The notes under the pieces are model-generated. The model had not been told where the DNA came from. It saw only the letters and a list, made by a program, of their open reading frames with translations, and made no database searches. A stretch of DNA of 61,843 nt, the filler included, from Sphacelaria rigidula (Eukaryota), in NCBI GenBank assembly GCA_964200075.2. It is 8 parts of 8 records of this genome, joined end to end, with 100 filler letters (N's around TTAATTAATTAA, not from the genome) between each part and the next. Parts side by side here need not be neighbours in the genome. Positions count along the whole stretch, not along the records: positions 46,460 to 54,101 come from CAXNAA020013965.1; positions 54,202 to 61,843 come from CAXNAA020013966.1; 6 more parts are not named here. One strand, given 5' to 3'. The position numbers and the translations under genes were made by a program. This document shows, in pieces, positions 49,801-61,843 of this stretch (positions are counted from its first letter, which is position 1; each line of letters opens with the position of its first letter).

Positions 49801-52800
49801 GACTGTATCAGGGTGTATAGCATTCTGAAAAAAATCCAGAAGCGAGGTCGAAGGTGCTGAATATTTTGCCTTCGCCTAAGGAGTCGAAGACTTCATCAAT
49901 GCGGGGAAGTGGAAGTTTACCGACGACAGTGACGCGGTTTAACCGTTGATAATTCACGGTGATGCGTATGTTTCCACCTTTTTTGGGGATGACCACAAGT
50001 TGCGAGGCCCAAGGAGAGGAGGAATGTAGCATAAGTCCCGCTCAGAAATACATATCCAAGATGGCGTTAACTTTCTTGGTAAGGATTGGGAGGGTACGGT
50101 ATGGCCGAGAAGAAATCGGCGAGACACCGGGTTGGAGAGTAACCTCAAAGGGCCGTGTTTTGCAATGTCCAAGATCCATCTTGGATCGGGAAAATCGGTC
50201 TTGGTACTGTAGCAGGACATCACTGAGTTCTTGGATGACTGCCGGTTCCCAGCCGGGCCCATGAAGGTCAAAATTGATGTCACGCATGTGTGGCGGCAGT
50301 TGGTCCCACATGTGCAAGAGGCTATTCCGAGAATCTGGTGATAAGCGTTGAAGCACTTCAGCAGGAGGATCGAAATTTGACCGGGCAGGATCCACGGTGT
50401 GGACCTGGGGTGGAGTAGCAGAGGCGAGATCGAAATAAGGTTCATCGATACAATGTACTGACTCCGCCGGAGATGTGGTGTTTGGTGCGGTAGGCTCTGT
50501 GACGCACGTCTCGAGTGGAATGTGCATCAGGGGAGCGGCGACGATTCCTAAAACATCGCCGGGTTCCAAGTTAGCATGTCCCGTAAGAGGGAGGAGTTGT
50601 TGTCCTGCCGACACAAAATGTTCTGTGTCGGCTGGTACACCAGTACGGGGTAACATTTCGGCAAGATAATGGCCCGTGAGTGCTGGCATGCCATTTCGGC
50701 AAACTAGTGCACTTCAAGAAGTTGGGGGTCGTCGGAGAGTGTTATACCCACACTACCGTTACATCGTAGGTGGTAAGCAGCTCCGGTTGCTTGAGGATTG
50801 TTCTGATAAGCCAGGGCGCCGTGGAGAGTACCGAAGTGCTCGAGGTTGAATTCTCCACGCGGCGGGGAATGTGGCGTTAATGGTGGAAGCGTGCGGTAGG
50901 TGCGTTTATTAATCCGCATATAGCTATCTCTGCCCAATAATATGGCGTGATGCATGGTGCTGTTGGGGACAACGTATGCCCAGACTACCAGGCTTGCAGA
51001 TCGAGTGATGTTGTGAAAGAATTGCACACTGAGACGTACGGATTTACGAGTCGTCAATGGCGCGGCAGAGTCACCGAAACCGTCCCACACGCGAGTTTGG
51101 TGGCGGTTTCGCAAGCTGCAGTAGCAGCGCCAGTCTATTTCATGTGTTTCCATGTTGATTCTCGAATAAACGTTTGCGGGCTACTGCTGTCCAACAAGGA
51201 TACGCATTTCGTAGGCGTGATAGCGTTTGGACCGGCATGGATCGCAACGCGAGTAGTAAAAGTGGCCGGATCTACAGACACTTTTCCGCCGACAAGATCC
51301 GGACCGTGTTCCGGCAAGGTAAACTGGTCAGGATCAGCGGGGCTGACAGCAAAAACGCACGGCGGATGATCCGCCGGGGGGTCAGATGTCTCACCAGAGA
51401 AGGGGGTGGACGGTATATTATTTCCAGGTGTGGCACGGTCATTGGCGATTTCGTAAATGATCGTCTTTTGTTGACAGGGATCACCGTCAAAGGGGGCTCC
51501 AGGATGTGCGAGGCTGGAGGCGTCGATTGAAGAAGTAGTGCCGTCAGAATCATGTGATTTTGTTTCTTCCGGGATACTTGATAGAGCCGTCGAGCTCAAA
51601 GTTGTCGCATTTTGGAGTGATTGAGGTCGAGGATTTCCCCTCGAAAGAGGTGTACGTAATGATGCGCGCGCGTCCTTGGGGGCATGCTTACGGGGCTTTC
51701 TCTTTCGCCGTGACAAAGGTCGGGGAACTTCTAAAACATTTGGGGATGAAACCACAACTGCGTCCAGTTGCGTGGATGGCGTCCGCATCGGGGCATGACG
51801 GAGCGAAACTTGTGGGCTGCTTTCCGTAGGCAAGTTTGCCTGTTGGGGGCGTAGACGAAGATATGTTGGGGCGGTTGTTAACAAAACCGGCCGAAGGTAG
51901 GTCCGTGCGTCTTGAAAATCGCGGGGAAGGAGCCCGATCGAACTGCCTAGGAGTTTCATGATCCGATGTGGTCAGGTTCAAATCAGCAACACTTGGGTCA
52001 GCTAAAAAAAGCTTGCTGCTACCTGTGCGTGCGGGCGCTGAGGGAAGCCGTTGCCTCAGGGACTGGCGGTTGGTCTTCCCACACCTCAGACTTATACCCG
52101 GTACTGAAGGACCAAGTTCAGTGCCGGGTGTACGTCTGAGTCGCGGGGTGACACAACTGTTACGCGGTGTGTGGAGGGATGAAGACGGGGGTCGATTTGA
52201 ATGGCCGTCAGTTGCGCTCCTGCATAGTGCCGGGAGAGCCGGGCGGACAATCTTAGCCGCAGGCTCTGCGAGCTGTGTTGAAAATTGTGTGGAGGTTCGA
52301 GACGGGGGTCGATTTGAACGGCCGTCAGTTACGCTCCTGGATAGTGCCGGGGGAGTCGAGTGAGAAATTTTTGACACGGACTCCGTGGGCTGTGTTGAAA
52401 AAGTCTTCGCTCGTGCTATCGGCGGCGTGGAAGACCGAAGAACGCCGGCGTCGGCACGTCTTGGATCTAAGCGATCCATAGTGAAGGTACCAGGGTTTCT
52501 GGTGTTGGTATTAGAACTTTGTGTCGGTCCCGTCCGCTGGTGTCTATCAGCGGAACGTTTGTTGTTGCTAGAATTTTGATCGTTCTGGCGAGGCCTTCCG
52601 TGATTGTTGTTGTGTCGGCGACCGCGATCAGAGTTTTTGTTGCCACGTTGGTTCGAACTGTTGCGGTAATTTTGAGTTGGTGTCGATAGTCGCGCATGCG
52701 TTTTTGCAATCGGCGCCACGCGGGTTCATTGTACTGCAATTCAGGGTTCATGAGATCAAAGGCATTGATGCATGGACTGTCACAGTCGCGCATGCTGTGG

Positions 52801-54029
52801 CCTTAAACACTACAGTCGATGCAACTGGTGGCATGACTGCTGAAGGTATTGTGTCTAACGGAAGACGAAAGAAGTGGGTTCCACAGATGGGGATCATCGG
52901 TTATGAATGCCGTTGTTGAAGTCAGATAAACATTATCCCAAGTTTCTTCGGAAAACGGCCAACCGTCAAAATTCGCGCTAAATGCATCTCTGGTACTCTG
53001 AACATGCATAACTGAACCGGCGACTGAGTCGGGGGTCCATGAAGAGCGAGACGAGCTCGAATTCCTGCCGCGATCCCCTTGGGCATGAGCGGAGGACACA
53101 ACCGTAGGTTGTGAACGCACAGACGTTGAAGGTTTGCCACGTATGGCAGGCGTTAGATTACCCTCTTGGTGTACAAAAGCAGACCACATAGTATCAACGG
53201 AGGCGTAAGGCACCTTGCGATGCGCCAAGACACCCGGAAACAACGACGGCATCAGAGCCGGATACTGTTGAGCAACGCTATTGCGAACGTAAGTCTGACA
53301 CATTGCGTCACTCGGTTCGTTCTGACGTCCGACTCCCGTCGTACCCGAAACCAAAAGCTTAAATTCGCGGAGATAGTCCGCGAAAGGGGCATCAGGGGCG
53401 ACAACAAAGGAACTCAGCCTCTGGATGGCACTAGCCTGGTCACTTTTATCGAAGTAACCGATCAGACGCCTCTCCAAATCAGAGAGTAATACCGGGCCTG
53501 TCTTCCCCTTGGCACGATCCGGGTCCATCTCGGCGAGGAATCCGTCGAGAACCTGCGTCAAAGAAGTAGCAAGGTCGGGAGAGCGGCGGCTGATCGATCA
53601 ATGTAGTGCTTTGTGCAAGGGAGTCTCCTAGCCCTCTACCCAGTCGGAATCTTCGAAACGTTGTGTGCCAGTCACATCCGCCAAGTGAAGGATGTTACAA
53701 ACAGTGCGGCGGATAGACGTAATGAGGGCAGAAGTAAACTGGCCCGAATCTTCGTTATCCGCGGCAGGCATGGTTTTGATGTGCCAGATTTTTTTCACAT
53801 CCATCTGAATATACTGTCTCTGTATTGCAGCTACTCGGGCAGACTCAGCTCTATCGGAAGCTGCATTTTTTCTAGCTTCGGAACGGTCTTTGTCAGCCGC
53901 AGTAGAAGACAAAGGACGGTCAGGTGTATCCGTATCGGACAAACCTAAAATGCGGGCCGAAACATCATCCAATTTAGGAACCACTTGCCTGGGGGTCTCC
54001 GAGCCCGAGGCGGGAAGAGCTGCACCGGA
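46830..54029 (-). mobile_element. Decayed Ty3/Gypsy retrotransposon of the same lineage as the contig 5 element: gag (CCHC)-PR-RT-RNase H-integrase
   Basis: Gag at 53984-52467 with CIDCSV*GHSMRDC zinc knuckle. PR LLDSSSPQTFI. RT LPLPRIDEVFD, MPQGAATAP, YLDDAIA. RNase H FQLHTDAS, NGNADLLSRLP. Integrase CHLGV..CFKC, VSFDYFGP, LLSDN, GTE*VNHTM, HWTGPFKI. Confidence 0.95.
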
Positions 54030-54101
54030 GACACTTTCTACGATAGCCCCCCCCCAAAACCAGCTAAAAGTGTCATGAAAAAAATGGCCATACAGCGCCT
54101 G
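54030..54101. mobile_element. Third copy of the GAC-MITE, inserted at the 5' end of the Gypsy gag and cut by the contig end
   Basis: GACACTTTCTACGATAGCCCCCCCCCAAAACCAGCTAAAAGTG...GGCCATACAGCGCCTG. Confidence 0.88.
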
Positions 54102-55226
54102 NNNNNNNNNNNNNNNNNNNNNNNNNNNNNNNNNNNNNNNNNNNNTTAATTAATTAANNNNNNNNNNNNNNNNNNNNNNNNNNNNNNNNNNNNNNNNNNN
54201 NTTTTAGGCTTGAACCTCATCTCGGAGTTAAACCTCAATTCGCACAATTTGTTTTAAAAATAGATTGCTCTGCTTCGCAATCGCGCTTTCAATTTTTTTT
54301 TCCTTTTCCTTTATTAGGCTACTTGTACTTGTTATGTATCGGGAAAAGCATAACGTGTTGAAAAGTGCTTTGTTGACCCTTCTCCGTCGTTTTTGCCCCG
54401 AAAAGAGGGCTCAGCGGATATTGATACCTGAGACCGTTCCAGAGCACCCTTTGCGTTTTCCGTAGGTCATAGTGTAATGCGTGAGAAGACCGCGTGCTCA
54501 GAGGACCGGACCGTAGCTCAAAACACCTTAGTATCGATGTTTTCCTAAACCAATCGGGCCAGTCCCTGCAGATACCACGCCCCTGACCCCAACACCAACA
54601 CTAACCCAAACCCTAACGCCAACCATAGGGATGTCCAAGCACGCGATCCTCTCACGCATTACAACAGTTTTGTTCTTGGCCAAAAATTAGACAGGACAGA
54701 CTGCTGTACAATAATGGCGGCCTGTACTGTCCAGATGGTGTGTGTTTCGCACAGCATGCGGGCGTAGTGTGGAAAAGAGGCGAGCAACGCGACACACAGC
54801 AGATTTGGCAGACAGCATAGCTTTCTGAATCTCTGCATACAGAAGGATGCGAAGCAGATTTGAACCATGTGCAGTTTTTTACCGCCTCTACTGTCCATGA
54901 GCGCGGTGGCAATTCGATCGCCCACCCCCGACACGCAACTCCGTCGGTTTCCGCTAACCAAAAGGAACACATCATGCCAAAACAGTGGTGGTGTCAGTTT
55001 CCTATTACTGCTGCAGTGTATATCCCTATGCTGTGTTCGTGATCTATGCCGCAGGGTTGGGTAGGTATAGCTGCGAATGAACCACTTGGGTTTTGCGTAC
55101 TTCTATGAAAGGGTAGTATCTGGCAGGATCGTCTGCAACATAGGTACTTCTTTACCTATATATAGTACAGTACAGACAGTACAGACTGTGCAACAGTAGT
55201 GGCGCCCTGTACTACTGTGTTGTGTA

Positions 55227-56745
55227 GTTCTAAAACTAAAAAACACTGCAAAACTGCTGTGTTGTCTTGTGTTTCACAGCGTTCTGACTAATACTGTATG
55301 TTACAGAGAGACGAACACAACAATACAGCACATCAAGCAATCTCAGCGGAGACCAAACCGTCTTCGCAAGGTCTGAACACACCCCAGAACAATGATAGCT
55401 ACAGCACATGGGAGCGAAAGTGAGTGTGTTTGTGCTGCAGTACAGTGAGACAAGACATGTCCCATGTTTTAGTTCTTCGGCTGATTTCAAACGGGTCCTC
55501 AGCGTTTGCAGGGTGCCGATCTTGAACGCTCGGACATAATCGACCTTCGCGCAAATAATTTTATTTACTACAAAATTATCCCCATGTATGGGTCCTGTGC
55601 CATTAATTTTGCAACAGAAGAGGCTGATGCATACTGTATACAGTCCGTCTTCAGGTTCTAAAACTAAAAAACACTGCAGAACTGCCGTGTTGTCTTGTGC
55701 TTCATAGCGTCCTGACGGATACTATATGTTACAGAGACGAACACAAAAATACAGCACATCAAGCAATCTCAGCGGAGACCAAACCGTCTTCGCAAGGTCT
55801 AAACACACCCCAGAACAGTGATTGCTACAGCACATGAGAGCGGAAGTGAGTGTGTTTGTGCTGTACAGTGAGACAAGACATGTGTCCCATGTTTTAGCTC
55901 TTCGGCTGATTTCAAACGGGCCCTCAGTGTTCGCAGGGGGTGCCGATCTTGAACGCTCGGACATAATCGGCCTTCGCGCAAATAATTTACCTTACTACAA
56001 AATTATCCCCATGCATGGATCCTGTGCCGTGTGTTGCCGTGGCTGCGAGCGCTGGTGCTGGCACAGGATCCATGCATGGGGATAATTTCGTAGTAAATAA
56101 AATTATTTGCGTGAAGGTCGATTATGTCCGAGCGTTCAAGATCGGCACCCCCTGCGAACACTGAGGGCCCGTTTGAAATCAGCCGAAGAACAAAAACATG
56201 GGACATGTCTTGTCTCACTGTACTGCATCACAAACACACTCACTTCCGCTCTCATGTGCTGTAGCTATCACTGTTCTGGGGTGTGTTCAGACCTTGCGAA
56301 GACGGTTTGATCTCCGCTGAGATTGCTTGATGTGCTGTATTGTGTTCGTCTCTCTGTGACATATGGTATCAGTCAGGACGCAGAGCTGTCTACACACTCG
56401 ACTGTTGAAAATTCATGTGACCCGAACCCACCACTCGCGCGATACCCAACACGGCTGGGTAAAGGCACACAACCAGCACCAGTATACCTCGCTCGACCGG
56501 CTGGGCCAAACCCCATGCTCCAATGATTGGAGCGACGCACAGCACGGTGCGGATATACTGCACCGCCAGGGTACTGCTTGCACCCGTCAGCAGGACGGCT
56601 GCTGCCGTTGGCATCGGCGCCAGCACTCGCGGCCACGGCAACATCAATTTTGCAACAAGAGAAGCTGATGCATACTGTATACAGTCCGTCTTCAGGTTCT
56701 TGAACTCAAAAAACACTGCAGAACTGCCGTGTTGTCTTGTGTTCC
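55227..56745. repeat. Complex repeat: ~428-bp tandem duplication (55227 and 55655), an inverted copy at 56061-56381 forming a palindrome 55707-56381, and a further direct partial copy at 56645-56745
   Basis: Centre AATTATCCCCATGCATGGATCCTGTGCC-loop-GGCACAGGATCCATGCATGGGGATAATT. The arms match for ~320 bp with few mismatches. Confidence 0.93.
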
Positions 56746-57454
56746 GTGTAGTACCCTGTACTCCATATAATGGTCATGTTTTGAGCAATTTTTCGAGAAT
56801 TCTGCTTGTTTTTTTGAAAATTATTCCGAGAAAACGAGACTGTTTCCTGTCAGAGAAATCTAATGCCGAATCTGGAATAGCCTGAGACAACAACTAATTT
56901 GAAAATTGGAATTGGTCGGGCTAGAGCGCACAAAAAACCTCGCTCTCCATCCGCTATTTTTCTGTCATTGTCACGAAAACTGTTATTGCCGTATGATCGC
57001 ATTTATTTCCATCAAGTACGATTTCGCCGTCAAACGCATTGTCCATCGCTTCTCGTTTCAGTCCGTCACCAGCCTTACGCCAGACACACCGGACACTCGC
57101 TCCATGCCAAGGGCTCTATCTCACCGCGTAGCGATGATCAACAAAACTGGCTCAACACCGAAGGAACAAATCCTTCACACGCTCACTCACCAACGCCAAC
57201 AAATATTCAACAAACTAGCGACTCACGCTGAACGCCTGGCGTACTCCTCTCTCATCTATCTGAAAGTACACCTAATAGCAAGGGACACCGCTCTTGCACA
57301 ACTAAGTGGCAAGTGCACCCAGACATCCCAACCAAAAGAGGAAGGCGGGACGGGGAGCAACGAGACTACACCACAAAACTCCGACTACCTCTGATCAGCA
57401 ACATAAGGTCGTTTTGGATAATTCACGGAATGAGAGATGAACACTCTTCCTTAA

Positions 57455-57550
57455 CCCTTAGACCGCGAGATAAGTCTTTCTGGACCATGCATTTTTTTTC
57501 ACTTGAAATTGATGCCGATTCAACAGAAGACTAACCTCGCGGTCTAAGGG
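57455..57550. mobile_element. 96-bp piggyBac-type MITE
   Basis: TIR CCCTTAGACCGCGAG...CTCGCGGTCTAAGGG, with TTAA at 57451-57454 and 57551-57554. Confidence 0.85.
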
Positions 57551-59878
57551 TTAAACCTTTCGCTTGTCAGAGCTATAACGGAAGAAAAAAAAGGGGTGGG
57601 AACGTATCATTTCTAAGGCCCGAAACTGCAAATCGACCGTACATTTCTGATCAGGGGGGGTATCTATTTGGAACAAATGAAAATGCAAAACGATGGCAAG
57701 ATACCATAGATTTGAAGATCTCAACCTGCAACGACAATATAATCTGAACGGTTTCGAAGCAAACGAACAGTCTAGCGGGGCATCCTAAGGGCTGGCAATG
57801 CGACCGCGCAGAAATCCTCAAAACATGCGCCGAACGAAAACATGGGCTTCGACGCGGAGGCGATGGATCGAGCGGCTGTCGTGAAGCGCTTTACAAAAGG
57901 ACCGCACGCCATGCAAAGCTGGCACTCGTGCAAGATTACATAAAGTCTGTGCGTACATGGCCACCGTAGAGTAAGCATGTCCTACCTACTCCTTCGGCAG
58001 CGAGTGCGACGTTCGAGTCTGTTCAAGAAAAGTCTCTCCCTTCTCGCCAGACTAGCTTCACGTACGTCCACTGACGAGACGCCTCCTTCCCACCCTTCCC
58101 AGCATCGCATCACGCCCGTATACTGAGTACATCTCCCCGTGTTTCTGCCCAACGGTGATATCAACATCGACCCTTCTTCTCTGCTCTCTCTTCGCTCCAG
58201 TGAGTGATCTCCCGCCAAATCACGTTGAAGACCAGCCCCTAGTTATTCTCATCGGGATAATGCCGGCAGAATATTACCCCGAGACAGCCGGGTGGTAATC
58301 GGGTACAAAGGGGAGGGTGGGAGCGGTGGGCTTGCGGCAGAGGGGACGGCATAGCTCAGCAACGGGTCAAAACGAAGCAGTTTCTTCCTGCCCTCGACTG
58401 TACCACTTACAGAAGAAGATACCCAAGGAGGGTCACAACTTATCTCCCAGGAGTCATACCCCTAACTCGCCGCCCAACCCTCTTCATCGAACAATTTTTC
58501 CGGGCCGAATGCGTCTTGCTCCTGGGCCTAATCCGGCTTCTTTCAACGCCAAGACAATATCCAGAACTTAATTTTCTGGATAACAAATGAGCACAACTAC
58601 GAAGCGGTGGGAAATAACACAGCAGAGTGTGTACAGTAGACCGCCTCCTCTCCCCCCGGGTTCGTTCACAAGCTTGTCCGTCATGTCCTCGTATCGTGCA
58701 ATACGCCAACAAGCGCATCAAAAGGTGCTCCCTATCGCGAGTTTTCCCCTCCTATCGTTCTTCACCATATTTTCAATCCCCCGCTTTTTTCAACGAACCC
58801 GTCCCCCCTTCCTTGCGCGCTAAACTATTCTGGACCCACGGATTGGGTTAGCACTCCTGCACCGCATTGCCTCGACTTGCCGTGTTTTCTCCTTTACCCA
58901 CTCAGGCGGGTTCTCATCGGAGATGATTTTTACTTTCGAAAAAAAAAAAGGAACAGCAGCTTGTGTTGGCTCCAACGCAAATCAGGGGTGAATCGGAGGA
59001 ACGCTTTGCCCAACAAACACAAAGCACGCAGCTCGGGTCATAGCTACTCATATGCGGAGCATGCTGTGCGTGATCTTGCTGCTCAAGTATGTAGAGAGCT
59101 CAGTGAGAAGCGAATGATTTGTGTGAGACGCGCGTGCAGCACGCACACGAAGAAACGATCAGCAACGACACATTTTTGGGTGTAATTAATTCACACGCAC
59201 AGCGGTCTCCCCTCCAATACAAAACGGATTTCCGTCAAACAAAGACTGCCGTCTTTATATGAGCAAGGGCTAGCATTGGAGCTAGTGCGTGTGAAGGGTA
59301 GATGCGTGTTTTCTCTGGGCTGGGAATTTAGGAATCGTATTGCGCGAGACGAAAGCTAGAGGTGCTTTTGGGGGACAAGAGGGGGGGGGGGGGAGCGGGG
59401 GTGATACAGTAGCTCCACTCTCGTCCTTCTGTACTATTGCCTCACCATGTGAAGAATGCAACATTCATAGCAGATCTCAGGATCGAGGCTGCTGTTCATG
59501 TGCGTTTAGTGTGTGTTGTGTGCTGCCATCCTCTTCATGTTCAGGACGCCAGTCTATACCTTTCGAAATGCGTAGTAGGCGCATCGGCCGGGGTCACACA
59601 GGAGAACGGTCAGCACAGAGTCTTTCGTTTTGTCCTACTATTGTAGTACTACACCTTCTTTCTGCGGTGCTTCTGCGGTGCTTGCCTTTCACTTTTTATC
59701 GCGAGAAGGGTTCGATGATCCCGTTCACTCGTCGACCGTGACGTCTAACTTGGTGCACCCAGGTCGCGTGACTTCACCGAGATTCGGACCCATGTCCCAA
59801 CCGTCCGAGAGTGGATACCAACTGATTCACCGAGGCGACCGGCTTGGAGCTCAGATTTTTTTGTTTCGCACGAGGCAG

Positions 59879-59907
59879 TTAGGGTTAGGGTTAGGGTTAG
59901 GGTTAGG
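59879..59907 (+). repeat. Interstitial telomere-like (TTAGGG)~5 tract
   Basis: Four perfect TTAGGG units plus TTAGG. Confidence 0.9.
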
Positions 59908-59983
59908 TCCCCAGATCCAGGTCCTCTGAACACCAACTTGGTCAGTTTGAGCTCTGGGATCTGGAGATATGAGTTACGTTTGT

Positions 59984-60237
59984 GACTGCTGCCGAGATAG
60001 CCCCCCCCCCCCCCAAACCGGCCGAAAATGTGCACGGAGGCGATGATCATAAAAGCCGTTAGAGCTGGTTTCGTGTTCCACGACGCGACTTATTTGGGCG
60101 TTATACCTGATTTCGGACTGCTACAAGCCTTTTATGTGGGCGGCATTGCTGCAAACGAGCTCAATAGTGGGATCGCAGCCGGTTTGTCGGACGGTCTCCC
60201 GTGCACTTTTTGGGGGGGGGCTATCTCGGCATTAGTC
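59984..60237. mobile_element. 254-bp MITE, sister family of the GAC-MITE, with TIR GACT(GC/AA)TGCCGAGATAGCCCCCCC and 4-bp TSD TTGT
   Basis: TTGT at 59980-59983 and 60238-60241. Length and subterminal sequence are similar to the 13316 element. Confidence 0.85.
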
Positions 60238-60382
60238 TTGTCTTGTATCCTATTTCTGAATTCCATCTTTGTTCCTTTTTTTTATACTCTTTTTTTTATA
60301 CTCTTTTTTTTATACCCTTTTTTTATACTCTTTTTTTCAATACAATACAGGTGCTGTACTATACTGTACTACTGCAACGGAC

Positions 60383-60521
60383 CTGTATTCCAGAGGCAGC
60401 AGCTCGGCCAGCGAGACCTCTACCAAATACGCCCATCACTCCACGAACTCCTCCTCCGTCCTTCTTTACTATGTTAGCTATCGATTGCGCGTATGATATG
60501 CGGTCATTTCGATGGGATTGC
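60383..60521 (-). CDS. Internal exon of a mitochondrial carrier family-like protein (RQSHRNDRISYAQSIANIVKKDGGGVRGVMGVFGRGLAGRAAASGIQ)
   Basis: CATCAG acceptor and CAG|GTCCGT donor. SY...I..IV..DG..G.FGRGL..R matches the carrier-repeat matrix helix signature. Other exons were not found. Confidence 0.6.
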
Positions 60522-61843
60522 CTGATGGCAGCAGGGTACGGGAAAGCGAACATGGGCAAGGAGCAAGGAGGGGCAGCCGTGAGCAGAGGGTTCAAATCTA
60601 GGGAAAGCGCAGGAACCGATGTTCACCGTGCGATCCGTGAATACATAGGAGCGTGGGCATGGTGATGATGGGATGTACAAAATAACTTGCGGGTCTTTCC
60701 CCCGAAGTCTACCTCAGACAAGCTTGACACCTTGTGCCGCGAACTAGCACAGCGGGGATAGCGGGAGTCTGCTGTGCTGTCTCCGGGGATGATTGTCGTT
60801 CAGCATACAGTACGACGAGCAAAAGACAGGCACAACACATACATCAAATACATCACACACACAAAACAGTCAAGCAGTCAAGCAGTCAAGCATAAAGAAC
60901 CCATGAGCTCAACTACATCAGCACCCAGGCACACGTGCATCATGCGCCCGCATCCCTGGATAATGACACACGTATACGCTTTTTTTTCTAAAAGCGTTTT
61001 TATCCCATGTGTGCAGTGCCGTGTTCAAGTGTGTGCTACGTTACCCATGTGCCGTTACGGTCGGCGGCACGTTCACCACCCCGCCCCAAGCTCTACATGG
61101 AGCTAACCCCAACCCCTAAACTCGCATCCGTGAAGTGCGTTGAACGGGTGTACGACCAAGCCATCTCGGTCAGTATGGTGAATCTCTACTGCCTGTCTGT
61201 ACTACACTGCTGTACTGCATATAGGCATCTTGTTTCTTCACATCTGGGTTAGGCAGACTTCGTTACGAGTGCAATGCGATAGGAGGAGGGGGGGGGGAGG
61301 AGGGGGGGGTCAGGAGGGGCTCGCTCAAAAACTTCGGTTGTACGATGTGTACGTATCGTCATCCGAGGGGTGCACATGCACCACCACGTGTGCAGATATA
61401 ATTACTTTCGAAAGTACGCACTTAATCCGAAGTGCACGTGCTGATCTTTGGCGAAAGGGCAAAACAACGGAGCGACAAGAAAGCCGAGCGCGTTTCCAAA
61501 AGCCTTCATCTCCTGAAAAAAAAATGCCGACACCTGGGACAAAAATGAAAGGCACAACACGGCGCGACCTATTTGCAGGTGGGGTATGCAAATAAGAGCG
61601 TACAGGTCGCGAACGCCTGTGGAACCAATTCCACGACAAACCCAATTTCAAATGCTGATGAGCACACGAAACAACAGGCGTACTCCACAGTAGCGGACAC
61701 CAGGGCTGTAATACCGATCATATTTTTTTGTTGTAGGGCAGGATGTTGTAAACGTAGGCGGCGATGAGTTATTTTCTCCATACGTGGGGTACTTGTGTCA
61801 AAGGTGTTGAACTTGGCTTCAGGCTACGAGCCCGTGTTGGAGA

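Noticed and set aside
60270..60340. Hydrophobic F/Y/L-rich ORFs (60028-60665)
   Set aside because: They derive from a (TTTTTTATAC)n low-complexity tract, a MITE and the antisense of the carrier exon.

Overview
This is eukaryotic, repeat-rich genomic DNA with GT-AG introns. The repeat families and gene style suggest a stramenopile, probably a brown alga, but that is inference. The window is not one locus. It is eight contigs of 7644, 7644, 7644, 7643, 7642, 7642, 7642 and 7642 bp, sorted by size and joined by 100-nt N/TTAATTAATTAA/N linkers, so nothing across a gap is known to be adjacent. Host genes reconstructed by hand from spliced exons are a KIX-domain Med15-like gene (contig 1), a degenerate Ser/Thr kinase (contig 3), a GNAT acetyltransferase (contig 4) and one exon of a mitochondrial-carrier-like gene (contig 8). 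Mobile DNA comprises three decayed Ty3/Gypsy elements (one integrase ends in a chromodomain plus a Tudor-like domain), a LINE endonuclease fragment, an XPG/FEN-like nuclease with a Cys-rich tail resembling Academ transposons, and several MITE families (GAC-ended with 4-bp TSD, piggyBac-like TTAA, CAC-ended). The most unusual structures are a ~28-copy 72-bp array built from the kinase stop-codon region, and a ~675-bp palindrome inside a tandem/inverted rearrangement. There are no CRISPR arrays or recognisable RNA genes.
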